From Macrostomum lignano (Eukaryota), in NCBI GenBank assembly GCA_002269645.1, contig NIVC01001592.1, forward strand, positions 62,001-126,000: 64,000 bases of DNA, written 5' to 3'. Made by a program: the position numbers and the translations under genes. The notes below the pieces were generated by a model. That model saw only the letters and a list, made by a program, of their open reading frames with translations. It had not been told where the DNA came from and did not search any database. This document shows, piece by piece, positions 1-10,029 of this stretch (the first letter of the stretch is position 1; every line of letters starts with the position of its first letter).

Positions 1-818
1 CACCCATTGTTACTTGTTTGAGCACACCGATTGTCACCTGTTTGAGCACACCCATTGTCACTTGTTTGAGCACACCCATTGGCACCTGTTTGAGCACACC
101 GATTGTCACTTGTTTGAGCACACCCATTGTTACTTGTTTGAGCACACCCATTGTCATCTGTTTGAGCACACCCAGTGTCACTTGTTTGAGCACACCCATT
201 GGCACTTGTTTGAACACACCCATTGGCACTTGTTTGAGCACACCCATTGTCACCTGTTTGAACACACCCATTGGCACTTGTTTGAGCACACCCATTGGCA
301 CCTGTTTGAGCACACCCATTGTCACCTGTTTGAGCACATCGATTGTAACCTGTTTGAGCACACCCATTGTCATCTGTTTGAGCACACCCAGTGTCACTTG
401 TTTGAGCACACCCATTGGCACTTGTTTGAACACACCCATTGGCACTTGTTTGAGCACACCCATTGTCACCTGTTTGAGCACACCCATTGTCACTTGTTTG
501 AGCACACCCATTGTCACCTGTTTGAGCACACCGATTGTAACCTCTTTGAGCACACCGATTGTAACCTGTTTGAGCACACCCATTGTCATCTGTTTGAGCA
601 CACCCATTGTCACTTGTTTGAGCACACCCATTGTCACCTGTTTGAGCACACCGATTGTAACCTGTTTGAGCACACCGATTGTAACCTGTTTGAGCACACC
701 GATTGTCACTTGTTTGAGCACACCCATTGTCACCTGTTTGAGCACACCGATTGTAACCTGTTTGAGCACACCCATTGTCACTTGTTTGAGCACATCAATT
801 TTCACCTATTTGAGCACA
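1..818. repeat. 24-bp minisatellite (TGTTTGAGCACACCCATTGTCACC), left part; runs off the window edge
   Basis: About 34 tandem units. The same unit family resumes at 9787-10006 on the far side of the transposon, so it was one array before the insertion. Confidence 0.97.
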
Positions 819-1769
819 CCCGTGTGGCCATCCGATCAGGTTTTTCGCCCGGTTTTGCTCTGGCTTGCTATGTTTTTTGCCCCATTTCCAGGCGAAGAAC
901 ATAAACCAGGCGATTTTATCCGGTTTTTCTCTGCCTTTCTAAACCAGGCGAAATTCCGGAGGAAAAACCGTACGAGTGCTCTGGTTTTTTTACCCGGTCC
1001 TTCGCCAGGTTTGGAACCAGTTTAGTTACGCAGGGAAATCCGGAGTAAAAGCGGATGAAATAACATTTCCGCCTGGAATTTTGCCCGGTTCTTTCTCTGG
1101 TTCTTCGACCAGACAAGAGCCGGAGAAAAGAGCTGATGAAAGCCTTTAATTCAGGATTGGGTTGAAAATGGTATGGGAGACACATTGTATAATTGACAAT
1201 TGACATGAAGATTTTCTTGTAATTGTATGTCCTGTAATGTGCTCCTGTTTTGTTCTCTTGCAGTATTTTTTCCGCTCATCTTTATATATATCATATGAGC
1301 GTCTTCGTATGTTACATTACGAGCGTAAACTGAGAATAAAAATATTGTCATTTTAATGCTGTCATCGCACACATTTCTGAAGGCTGCATGCTACTGTGGA
1401 ATTCTAACGTTGATTTCCTCTTTTACAAAAATGTATAAGCAAAGTCCCATCCCTGAATTGGCCCGCTAGGCGTAGCGTACGTAGCAGCCTTTGTTAATAA
1501 AGTTCCATGAATTTCCAGTGCTAGTAATTAAGAAACCTGAAATAATTACAATGGAGCGATCACGACGCGACAGACGATTTTATCAGCGGGCGCGACGACT
1601 GCAACAAAATATTGACGCGGCCTGCGCTGAGTGACTGACCGACCGCGTTCCCCGGTTAGTCGCGCTGTACCTAGTACTTCGCGCAGCAGTAGCACTGTCG
1701 TCGCAGCATCGTCGCAGCTTCTCAGAGGTGCCGAGTCCGTAGACACCGGTGACAGTGAGCCCTCCGAGC

Positions 1770-4166
1770 ATGGTGAGTAGCATCGAGGATCTGCAAAATG
1801 CGGCGCCCCGATATCCGTTGATACAGAAAAACTATCGCGCGTTTCCCACAGACTCCAGTGACGGCAGTGACGCTGAGTCACTTAACTCCAGCGACAGCGA
1901 TGGCCAGGAACAGCCAGTTCTTGATCCCTGGCTACAGCTACCGTGGCACAACGGCGAACCCATCACGGGCACCATTGGTGAAGCTGTGTGTCATATCAAC
2001 GACTGCGCCATTGATCTTGGAATCCCAAGTAAAAAAATAACCAGACTTCTACGTCTTGTGCATTGTCTGGTTCCGGGAAGTCGAATTCCGCGCACTGCAA
2101 GAACTATGTGGCGGACGCTAAAGTCCGCCCAGAGTTACATCGGCTCCGCAAAATGCGTCACTGTGTGCAACGAGTGCTACGTAAACTACCGAGGAGACTG
2201 CAGTCAAAACGGTGGACATTGCAGTGACTGCGGATCAATGAGAGTCGCAAACTTCTGGGTTTTCAACATTAGAAAGCAGATCCGAACTTACATAGAGTCA
2301 TGTGGACTGCTGCATAATTTGACTTTTCCTTCCGACTTCAATCCGCACGAAGACACCATCCATTTCTACAACAGTCTGCACCTGTACAGACAGTTTCGGG
2401 AGTCGATAAACCTAGTTGCTAAGAGCGACCTCTCGTATACTCTGAGCTCTGATGGGTTTCCAGCACGGTCAACCAGCAAGGTAGAGGTGTGTCCTGTCTA
2501 CTTAAGCATCAACGAGGTTCACGATCATGTCAAGTTGCGCTATGTCATAATCTGTGGGCTCTGGGCTGCTAAGACCAAAGTGAGTTCAGCGGCTTTCCTT
2601 CCGGTGGTCGTCGACGCGCTGATTTCTTTACGCATCCGGGGCGTAACGTACACTGACGCTGATGGAGTTCAGCGTACGATACGCTTCCATGCGTTGCTAG
2701 CAATGTTTGACTCACCGGCTCGTGCAGATGCGCTCCGCATGCGACGATGCACGGCTATCTACGGCTGCGAGAAGTGCTACATTGCTACGCGTCTTCATCC
2801 TTCAGGCTCTGGGCGTGTCTTCGACGTCGGCTTAACGCCAGCAATGCAGAATGCTGCTCGACGTCTAGGTTGTCTGCAAACTGTCCTGCGGAGCATGGCA
2901 GATACGCGCAGATTAGTGGAGCAACACCTAGCAGGTGCTCGGCACCAGAACACAGACACATTGGGTGTCCGAGGCCACTCTCCGTTAGGACGCCTCCCGG
3001 GCTTTGACTTCATGCGCGGATGTCCGCCGTGTTACCTCCACCAGCTGCACCTAGGTCTGGTCCGGATGATAATGTACCAATTATTCCTGGTGCAGGCCGA
3101 GAAGCCGGACCGAGGAGAAACTAACTGTCCGGACCTGCACCGGCTTCAACGTCAGGTCGATGAGCCGCTGCTCCGCATCCGGCTGCCCATCAACGTCCAA
3201 CGCCATGAAGTGCGTCCACTGAGTGACCTCCGCAATTTCCGAGGGCACGAGTTTGAAATGTGGCTGATGGCCTACGACCCCCTCGTTTTGGAAGCCGTCC
3301 TACCACCCGCCCACTACCAGCATCTGTTACTTCTTTCCGCTGCAGCGTTCTGGATGACTGCCGATTATGCGCCTCTGTCTGAGTTGCGGCACGTAGAGAT
3401 TGCATTGCGCCACTTCCACGACAAACTGTATAGGTTGTACTCCTTAAGAGCACTAACCTATAATGCTCATCAGGTGTGCTGCCACATGCTGACATACGTC
3501 CATCTGGCCGGCTCTGCGCACCGCCTATCGGCTGGAATTTTCGAAAGCACGCACTTGCGCCTGCAAAAACGCCTGCATGGGACGCGGCGCACCGACGTCG
3601 AGCTGGTTGGCGCCGTGGAGCGCCACATCGGCACCATCCAAGCGCGAGCGCGACTGATAGGGCACGGGGATCAGCAAGACGAAGAGGAATTATTCCGTCG
3701 AACAGAAGTACTCACCCTTCCAGATGTCGTGCTTCGTCGACCGAAACGCTGGCAAGTCGGATGGCACAGTGCCACTCTGAAATCCGGTTGGACAATACGA
3801 ATTTTCACTCCCGGATGTCAGGATGCGGCAGGCTTCGTGGCCATCGAAGGTGACACTACGACGGATTTCCGATTCTGCCGAGTGCAAACCATCGAATGTC
3901 AAGGTGAGCAGGTTAGGCTCGGACTGCTCGTACTGCCAGTTCTCGCGGCCGTCGACCCGCTGGAGGAACTAGCACAGGTTGCCACAACGTCACCTAATCG
4001 AGGCTGTCGACTCGCGCACTTCCGAGTATTCGCATGCGATCCCTTCGGCGACTTGAGCTACCTCGGCGACCCGATTCATGTGGGGCTGCCACAGTTTCGT
4101 GGCGTTTGTGTCGTCACCGACACAAAAGTAGCTCTGCTGGCCCATCCGCAGTTGGGCTATTCGTAG
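1770..4166 (+). CDS. CACTA/EnSpm (Tnp2/Transposase_21-like) DDE transposase
   Basis: Uninterrupted ORF (track start is GTG at 1749; first ATG 1770). Motifs: CNEC..CSDC zinc-binding, LSSDGFP..S...V.PVYLSINE (first D), MFDSPAR (second D), CEKC, HQLHLG, YNAHQVCCH and GIFES (E). These fit the CxxC / H(3-4)H signature of CMC transposases. Confidence 0.88.
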   Translation: MVSSIEDLQNAAPRYPLIQKNYRAFPTDSSDGSDAESLNSSDSDGQEQPVLDPWLQLPWHNGEPITGTIGEAVCHINDCAIDLGIPSKKITRLLRLVHCLVPGSRIPRTARTMWRTLKSAQSYIGSAKCVTVCNECYVNYRGDCSQNGGHCSDCGSMRVANFWVFNIRKQIRTYIESCGLLHNLTFPSDFNPHEDTIHFYNSLHLYRQFRESINLVAKSDLSYTLSSDGFPARSTSKVEVCPVYLSINEVHDHVKLRYVIICGLWAAKTKVSSAAFLPVVVDALISLRIRGVTYTDADGVQRTIRFHALLAMFDSPARADALRMRRCTAIYGCEKCYIATRLHPSGSGRVFDVGLTPAMQNAARRLGCLQTVLRSMADTRRLVEQHLAGARHQNTDTLGVRGHSPLGRLPGFDFMRGCPPCYLHQLHLGLVRMIMYQLFLVQAEKPDRGETNCPDLHRLQRQVDEPLLRIRLPINVQRHEVRPLSDLRNFRGHEFEMWLMAYDPLVLEAVLPPAHYQHLLLLSAAAFWMTADYAPLSELRHVEIALRHFHDKLYRLYSLRALTYNAHQVCCHMLTYVHLAGSAHRLSAGIFESTHLRLQKRLHGTRRTDVELVGAVERHIGTIQARARLIGHGDQQDEEELFRRTEVLTLPDVVLRRPKRWQVGWHSATLKSGWTIRIFTPGCQDAAGFVAIEGDTTTDFRFCRVQTIECQGEQVRLGLLVLPVLAAVDPLEELAQVATTSPNRGCRLAHFRVFACDPFGDLSYLGDPIHVGLPQFRGVCVVTDTKVALLAHPQLGYS

Positions 4167-5365
4167 AGTCTGCTGGCGTCCGTGGCAATGGGATAACTGA
4201 TTGACAGGCTGGGATAACTGATTAACAGGCTAGGATAACTGATTGCCAGCATAAAACGTATTTTCCTTTCGTTTTTTCCTTACTTTACGATTGGCAAAAA
4301 AATTATCAAATTTCTATTATATTTTTTAACAAACTGTAGTAGTCGTTCTAATTGTTTGCGATTTTGTAAAAATGTATATATATGCACGTAATAGTAGATG
4401 CAATTGAACCAAAAAATTGAGCCCGGTTTCCAGAAGCATCTGGATGAGATGCTTTATGAGTCATATGTAGCTTATTTACGTGTTACTTCTGTATACTATA
4501 TTCACTTCATTTTTTGTTGCGTTCATATGCATAAGAATAAGAATATTCTTATAGGTGGTCAAAGTCTGCTGGCGTCCGTGGCAACCCGCCAAAAAATTCG
4601 GTTGAGAATCAACTGAACCAACATATTTCAGATGATTCCGGGTAAAGAATCAGCCGAATTTAATGGAAGGAATCTGCCAATTTAGGAATCAGCTTAAATA
4701 TGACGATTCCACTTAAGGAATCAGCTAAATGTAGCTAAAGGAATCAACCCACCTATAGGAAGGAAACTGTCAATACAGGGAATCAGCGCAGTCAGATGTT
4801 TCTAGGACAAGAATCACTCTGGGAATCAATTCAACTGCTGTTCTACTTTTGTCTTGCATAGTGATTTTTCTCCCACATGTTTCATTCATGGAATGTATTA
4901 AACAAATACAATGCTGAATATTCTACAAATTTTCTTGTACTTAAATGGCTTTTAACGATTTTCTGCTTTCTGGGTTGCATGCCAGCTAAGATTACGCCCT
5001 GCACATTAGTGATTCCTGTTGCCTGTTTTAGTAAAAACAAAAACGACGTCTTATTTTTCCCGATACATGTAAAAGAAACTACTTGTAAAAGTAGCTGCAC
5101 AGTAAATTTTTCGGGTCTCAAAGTGGTTAGTGTGCTAGGGTTGGGGATGCATCCGACACTGCTAAAGGACATTACTTTTTTAATACAATCACCTTATGGG
5201 AATGGGATAACTGATTGACAGGCTGGGATAACTGATTGACAGGCTAGGATAACTGATTGACAGCATAAAACGTATTTTCCTTTCGTTTTTTCCTTACTTT
5301 ACGATTGGCAAAAAAATAATCAAATTTCTAAACCCTTTTCAGACTGAACCCATTGGATTTAAATC

Positions 5366-5863
5366 ATGTCGGATCGCCCCATAATTGACTGGCCAAAACT
5401 TTTCGACCGAATGATCGCTGACGGGGATGCCCGGGCCAACGTCGACTGCGATGACGGCAGCGACACCACAATCGGTGGTCACTCTCCCGGCCCGCCACCA
5501 ACGTCGACTCAGGCTGCGTCCCAGTCTCTGCTTACTGCTTCTACAGCCTTTACTTGGCCGCTGCATGACGGTCCCAAGGCTAACGTCGACTCCGATGACG
5601 GCAGCGACACCACAATCGGTGGTCACTCTCCCGGCCCGCCACCAACGTCGACTCAGGCTGCGTCCCAGTCTCTGCTTACTGCTTCTACAGCCTTTACTTG
5701 GCCGCTGCATGACGGTCCCAAGGCCAACGTCACTCCGATGACGGTAGCGACACCACAATCGGTGGTCACTCTCCCGGCCCGCCACCAACGTCGACCCGCG
5801 CGCGAGCCACTGCTGAGTCCAAGTATACGTGGGACTACAACCGGCTGCTCCACCGTCATTTGA
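5366..5863 (+). CDS. Transposon accessory ORF with an internal 144-bp (48-aa) tandem duplication; probably frameshifted
   Basis: ATG-initiated ORF inside the element. It has two full 48-aa repeats and a third that lacks one G near 5731 (AACGTCACTCC versus AACGTCGACTCC). Function unknown. Confidence 0.4.
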   Translation: MSDRPIIDWPKLFDRMIADGDARANVDCDDGSDTTIGGHSPGPPPTSTQAASQSLLTASTAFTWPLHDGPKANVDSDDGSDTTIGGHSPGPPPTSTQAASQSLLTASTAFTWPLHDGPKANVTPMTVATPQSVVTLPARHQRRPAREPLLSPSIRGTTTGCSTVI

Positions 5864-6178
5864 GTCGAGGCGTTGGGACGAGCGACGCCTACTACCTGCG
5901 CAAACTTGCCCGGACTGCGCCTCATGGTACGCGGAGCTGTCGCCGACTAGCCGAGCACGCCGCTTAGCGCTGCACGGCCGCCACCGACACAGGCGGATCG
6001 TGCAAGCGCCAAACTTCTTCGCGATCGAAATGCCGCCATCACCACCGCCCGTACCGTTGGATCAATTGAAAGTGAGGAAGCGGCGTCGAAGGCCGCTTCG
6101 GGGTCTGTCACCGAGACCCCGCACTGAATACGTGACTACTGCGATTGATGGACTGGAGACTGCCTCAATTGATGGATT

Positions 6179-6468
6179 GATGACATTGAGATGATGACGA
6201 CATTGAGATGATGACGACATTGAGATGATGATGACATTGAGATGATGACGACATTGAGATGATGACGACATTGAGATGATGATGACATTGAGATGATGAC
6301 GAAATTGAGATGATGACGACATTGAGATGATGATGACATTGAGATGATGACGACATCGAGATGATGACGAAATTGAGATGATGACGACATTGAGATGATG
6401 ATGACATTGAGATGATGACGACATTGAGATGATGACGAAATTGAGATGATGACGACATTGAGATGATG
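6179..6468. repeat. 17-bp minisatellite (CATTGAGATGATGACGA) inside the transposon
   Basis: About 17 near-identical units. Confidence 0.95.
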
Positions 6469-6718
6469 GACGTTAGACATGTACGTTTGTATGTATACCA
6501 GCATATGCTGATAAATACACAAGGCCTTGTTGCCGGCTCAATTTGTACGAACTTTTTGATTGAGGAGGAAACCTCAATCTTCAACCTCAACCTTAATTGT
6601 TACTCTTGAGTCCAGGCCTAGTTAAAGTAACGTACGAGTACAATTACATTTCACCCATGTGAACACAGAACACAGTATTGACACAAAAAACTCACCTTTT
6701 TCAGCTGCTCTAATTTTA

Positions 6719-8600
6719 ATGGGCACAGGAAAGAAGACTACTGCCGTAGTCGGCAAGTCGAAATCAAATTCCACGTCCACTTCAAAGTCGAAGTCGAAGC
6801 CGACCTCCAAATCAGCTCCAACAAAGGCGCCGTCGAGTGAGTCCGGTGGAAAGAAGCGCAAAGCTGTGACTGATGACGATGAGTCATTGAGTCAATTTCT
6901 CGGTCGTACTGCCGAGAAATCACGTCGACTGCAGGATCCGCTATTGTCAGCCATCGAAGATACTGACACCATGTCTGTTGCACAGACTTCGGGCCCTTCT
7001 TCGTCTGCTGTCGCAGAGGGCACCCAACGGAATGACGTTTTCATACAGCATGACATGGTGCCCTACGAACGTGAAGCGGTACCGCGATTCTTTATTTTTA
7101 AGTACTCCAACTATTTCGAAAAAACAGACGTTGTCAGCACGCGCGATGACATGTGGGACGCAAACGCGAGTCGCCGAGTAACGTCGATGTCGGCAGCGAA
7201 GTCTTAATTGTCGTCGCTAAGGCGAACAGGACGGCCGCGAAAAAATGGCTCGGGACACTAGTACGTGGGCCGTTCGCTTCCAGAAGCATCGCGACAGGCA
7301 CAGCGGTCCTAGGAAACGTACACGCTCAGCCATCGGAACTTCCACGTGCCTGTGCATCCTGCCGGACGTTTGCTATAGAGAACGAGCGACAGTCGTCGCT
7401 TATAGACACCCTGCGTGAGTGCCATCAATTGTTGGTCGTTACTTCTGCACTTTCAGGTCGGGTATAGTGCCTTCTTTGTTTGAACCACCGCATACTTTTC
7501 TAGGGAGCCAGTTACAGCACAGCACAGTTGAAGAAACGAATCAGCGAGAGAGCGTCCGACTATTAACGGAGCAGCTTCGTGTCGCGAATCGTATGGAGCG
7601 GACGCTTTTACGCCAACTGGAGGACGAGCAGCATCGTAACGTGCTGCTGGTCAGCAGCATGCAGCAGTGCAACTCGCTGCTTATTCAGGGGTCAGAGCTG
7701 CTTTCCCAGAATGCCCGCCAAGTCTCTCAGCCGGCCCGCTCGAGTACAAAAGCTGCATCTGACACCAATGACGCCGATGGCGGTGATGACGGCGACGCCA
7801 GCGATTCCAGGCAGGACGCCATGTCCTTCACTGTAACGCAGAGCTTGTCCGCAGCGCAGACGCGCGCTCTGAAAGATGCCTGCGACGCCGCCACGCCGAA
7901 CGTTGACCTAACAGCTGCTTCTCTTGTGCCATTCTCTGAGCAGCAGGGCTTCGTTAAGGTAGCTTTGAATAAGCGGCACGATGCGGAAGATCGGCTAGAA
8001 GCCTACAAAAAAGTGCCAGCCAAACAGGATGGCGAGGACGCAAAACTTACTGCACTCCGAAAGTCTGTGACGCTGTCAGTTCTCCGAGCTGCCCTGCGTG
8101 CCGTCTTCACGGACAGGGAGTTCGCCTGCTGCACACTGTCCGGGCGCAAGGCGCATCAGGCCACATCTTCACCCGCAAACCCGGGAAAATTGGCTGCAGT
8201 ACGTGTGTGGCTCGCGAACGCCGGGGTGCAGTGCACTGCCGACAGTCTAAGTCAGGCGTTCACGCAATGCACTGCGACTGCGCGGCAGAGACTGGAACTC
8301 CCAACGCGCTCCGCCCCTCCCCCCCCCCAGCGGAAGCAGCCGAAACCGCCAAAGCCGAAGGCCAAAACAGTCGTCATAATAGACTCCGCTGACTCTGCTC
8401 AGAGCCGCGAGGTCTGTCAGCCAACCCTCTCGAATATAACAGCTGCATCTGACGCCAATGACGCCGATGACGGCGATAACGCCGGAGATGCCAGAGAGGT
8501 CGAAATGCGGCATCTGGAGGGGGACGACGATCAGAGCGCCATGGACGGCACAGTCAGCTGCGGCGACTTTCTGAACATACTTTTGGCCAGTCAGAAGTGA
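6719..8600 (+). CDS. Transposon accessory gene: low-complexity N-terminus, coiled coil and probable BEN domain (spliced and/or frameshifted)
   Basis: Built from ORF segments 6659-7207, 7153-7467 and 7419-8600. A frame-compatible intron 7415-7503 (GTGAGT...TTTTCTAG) joins the last two; the first join is unresolved. LRAVFTDREFACCTLSGRK...NPGKLAAVRVWL...AFTQCTATARQR matches the BEN pattern by eye. AATAAA follows at ~8677. Confidence 0.58.
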
Positions 8601-8900
8601 TTTTAAATTCCCGCATTTATGCGCCTAGATGACTAGCGACTATGCGCCTACTGACTGTATTCTACAACATCTTTGGAATAAAAAAAAACAGAGGAGTATA
8701 TTGATCTTGTAGGTGATTTGGAACAGTTTGATGAATTGCAAGATGGAACGTTACATAGTTTGTATTAACACTGACTGTCAATTGTCTTACTTCTTTACTC
8801 TTCACGGTATCCGTTGACAGAAGCGCACTGTAGATGTTTTACTAAGACGGCACTACATATTTCCGAGAGTAGACACAATTCGATAGGGATGCAGGGTTTT

Positions 8901-9500
8901 TCGTCCGGTTTGATCGTCGTGTCGCTTTCGTTAGGTTTTAGTCTGATTTTGCTACGGATATTCGTCCGGTTGGGTCGTCGTGTCGCTTTCGTTAGGTTTT
9001 AGTCTGATTTTGCTACGGATATTCGTCCGGTTTGATCGTCGTGTCGCTTTCGTTAGGTTTTAGTCTGATTTTGCTACGGATATTCGTCCGGTTGGGTCGT
9101 CGTGTCGCTTTCGTTAGGTTTTAGTCTGATTTTGCTACGGATATTCGTCCGATTGGGTCGTCGTGTCGCTTTCGTTAGGTTTTAGTCTGATTTTGCTACG
9201 GATATTCGTCCGGTTGGGTCGTCGTGTCGCTTTCGTTAGGTTTTAGTCTGATTTTGCTACGGATATTCGTCCGGTTGGGTCGTCGTGTCGCTTTCGTTAG
9301 GTTTTAGTCTGATTTTGCTACGGATATTCGTCCGGTTGGGTCGTCGTGTCGCTTTCGTTAGGTTTTAGTCTGATTTTGCTACGGATATTCGTCCGGTTGG
9401 GTCGTCGTGTCGCTTTCGTTAGGTTTTAGTCTGATTTTGCTACGGATATTCGTCCGGTTGGGTCGTCGTGTCGCTTTCGTTAGGTTTTAGTCTGATTTTG
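8901..9500. repeat. 61-bp subterminal tandem array of the CACTA element
   Basis: About 10 nearly identical copies of CGGATATTCGTCCGGTTGGGTCGTCGTGTCGCTTTCGTTAGGTTTTAGTCTGATTTTGCTA, ending ~250 bp before the right TIR. Confidence 0.96.
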
Positions 9501-9786
9501 CCCCGGTTATTTGCCGGGTTCTGCTATTGCACTTTCATCCGGCCATTTGTCGGGTTTTATTCAGGGTACTCATCAGTTTGAGTAGCCGAAGAGAAACCCG
9601 AGAAAATACCTGATGTCCTCTACGAAATTCCTGACGAACAACCAGACGAAACTGCCGTCTTCGTCCGTTTTCGAGACCACTTTCCCGAGGATTTTCGGGT
9701 TTTTAGATAGGAAAAAATGTACTACAAACCGGGCAAAAATCCCGATCGCCTACCGGGCGAAAAACCTGATCAGATGGCTACACGGG

Positions 9787-10006
9787 CACCCATTGTCACC
9801 TGTTTGAGCACACCCAGCCTCATCAGTTTGAGCACATTTAGCGTCCCCCTGTTTGAGCACGCCCAGCCTCATCGGTTTGAGCACACCCAGCCTCACCTGT
9901 TTGAGCACACCCAGCCTCATCGGTTTGAGCACACCCAGCCTCACCTGTTTGAGCACACCCAGCCTCATCGGTTTGAGCACACCCAGCCTCACCTGTTTGA
10001 GCACGC
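9787..10006. repeat. 24-bp minisatellite, right part of the array split by the transposon
   Basis: Same TTTGAGCACACCC core as 1-818, here with a CAGCCTCA variant. Confidence 0.93.
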
Positions 10007-10029
10007 CCTGTCTAGCCGGCTCTCCGTAC

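Larger units (their letters stand above)
819..9786 (+). mobile_element. Full-length CACTA/EnSpm-like (CMC superfamily) DNA transposon, 8968 bp
   Basis: 35-bp TIRs: 819-853 CCCGTGTGGCCATCCGATCAGGTTTTTCGCCCGGT versus 9752-9786 ACCGGGCGAAAAACCTGATCAGATGGCTACACGGG (2 mismatches). A 2-bp TSD CA (817-818 / 9787-9788) restores the repeat unit GAGCACACCCATTGT when the element is removed. AAACC(A/G)GGC-type subterminal motifs occur at both ends, and there is an internal transposase. Confidence 0.92.
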
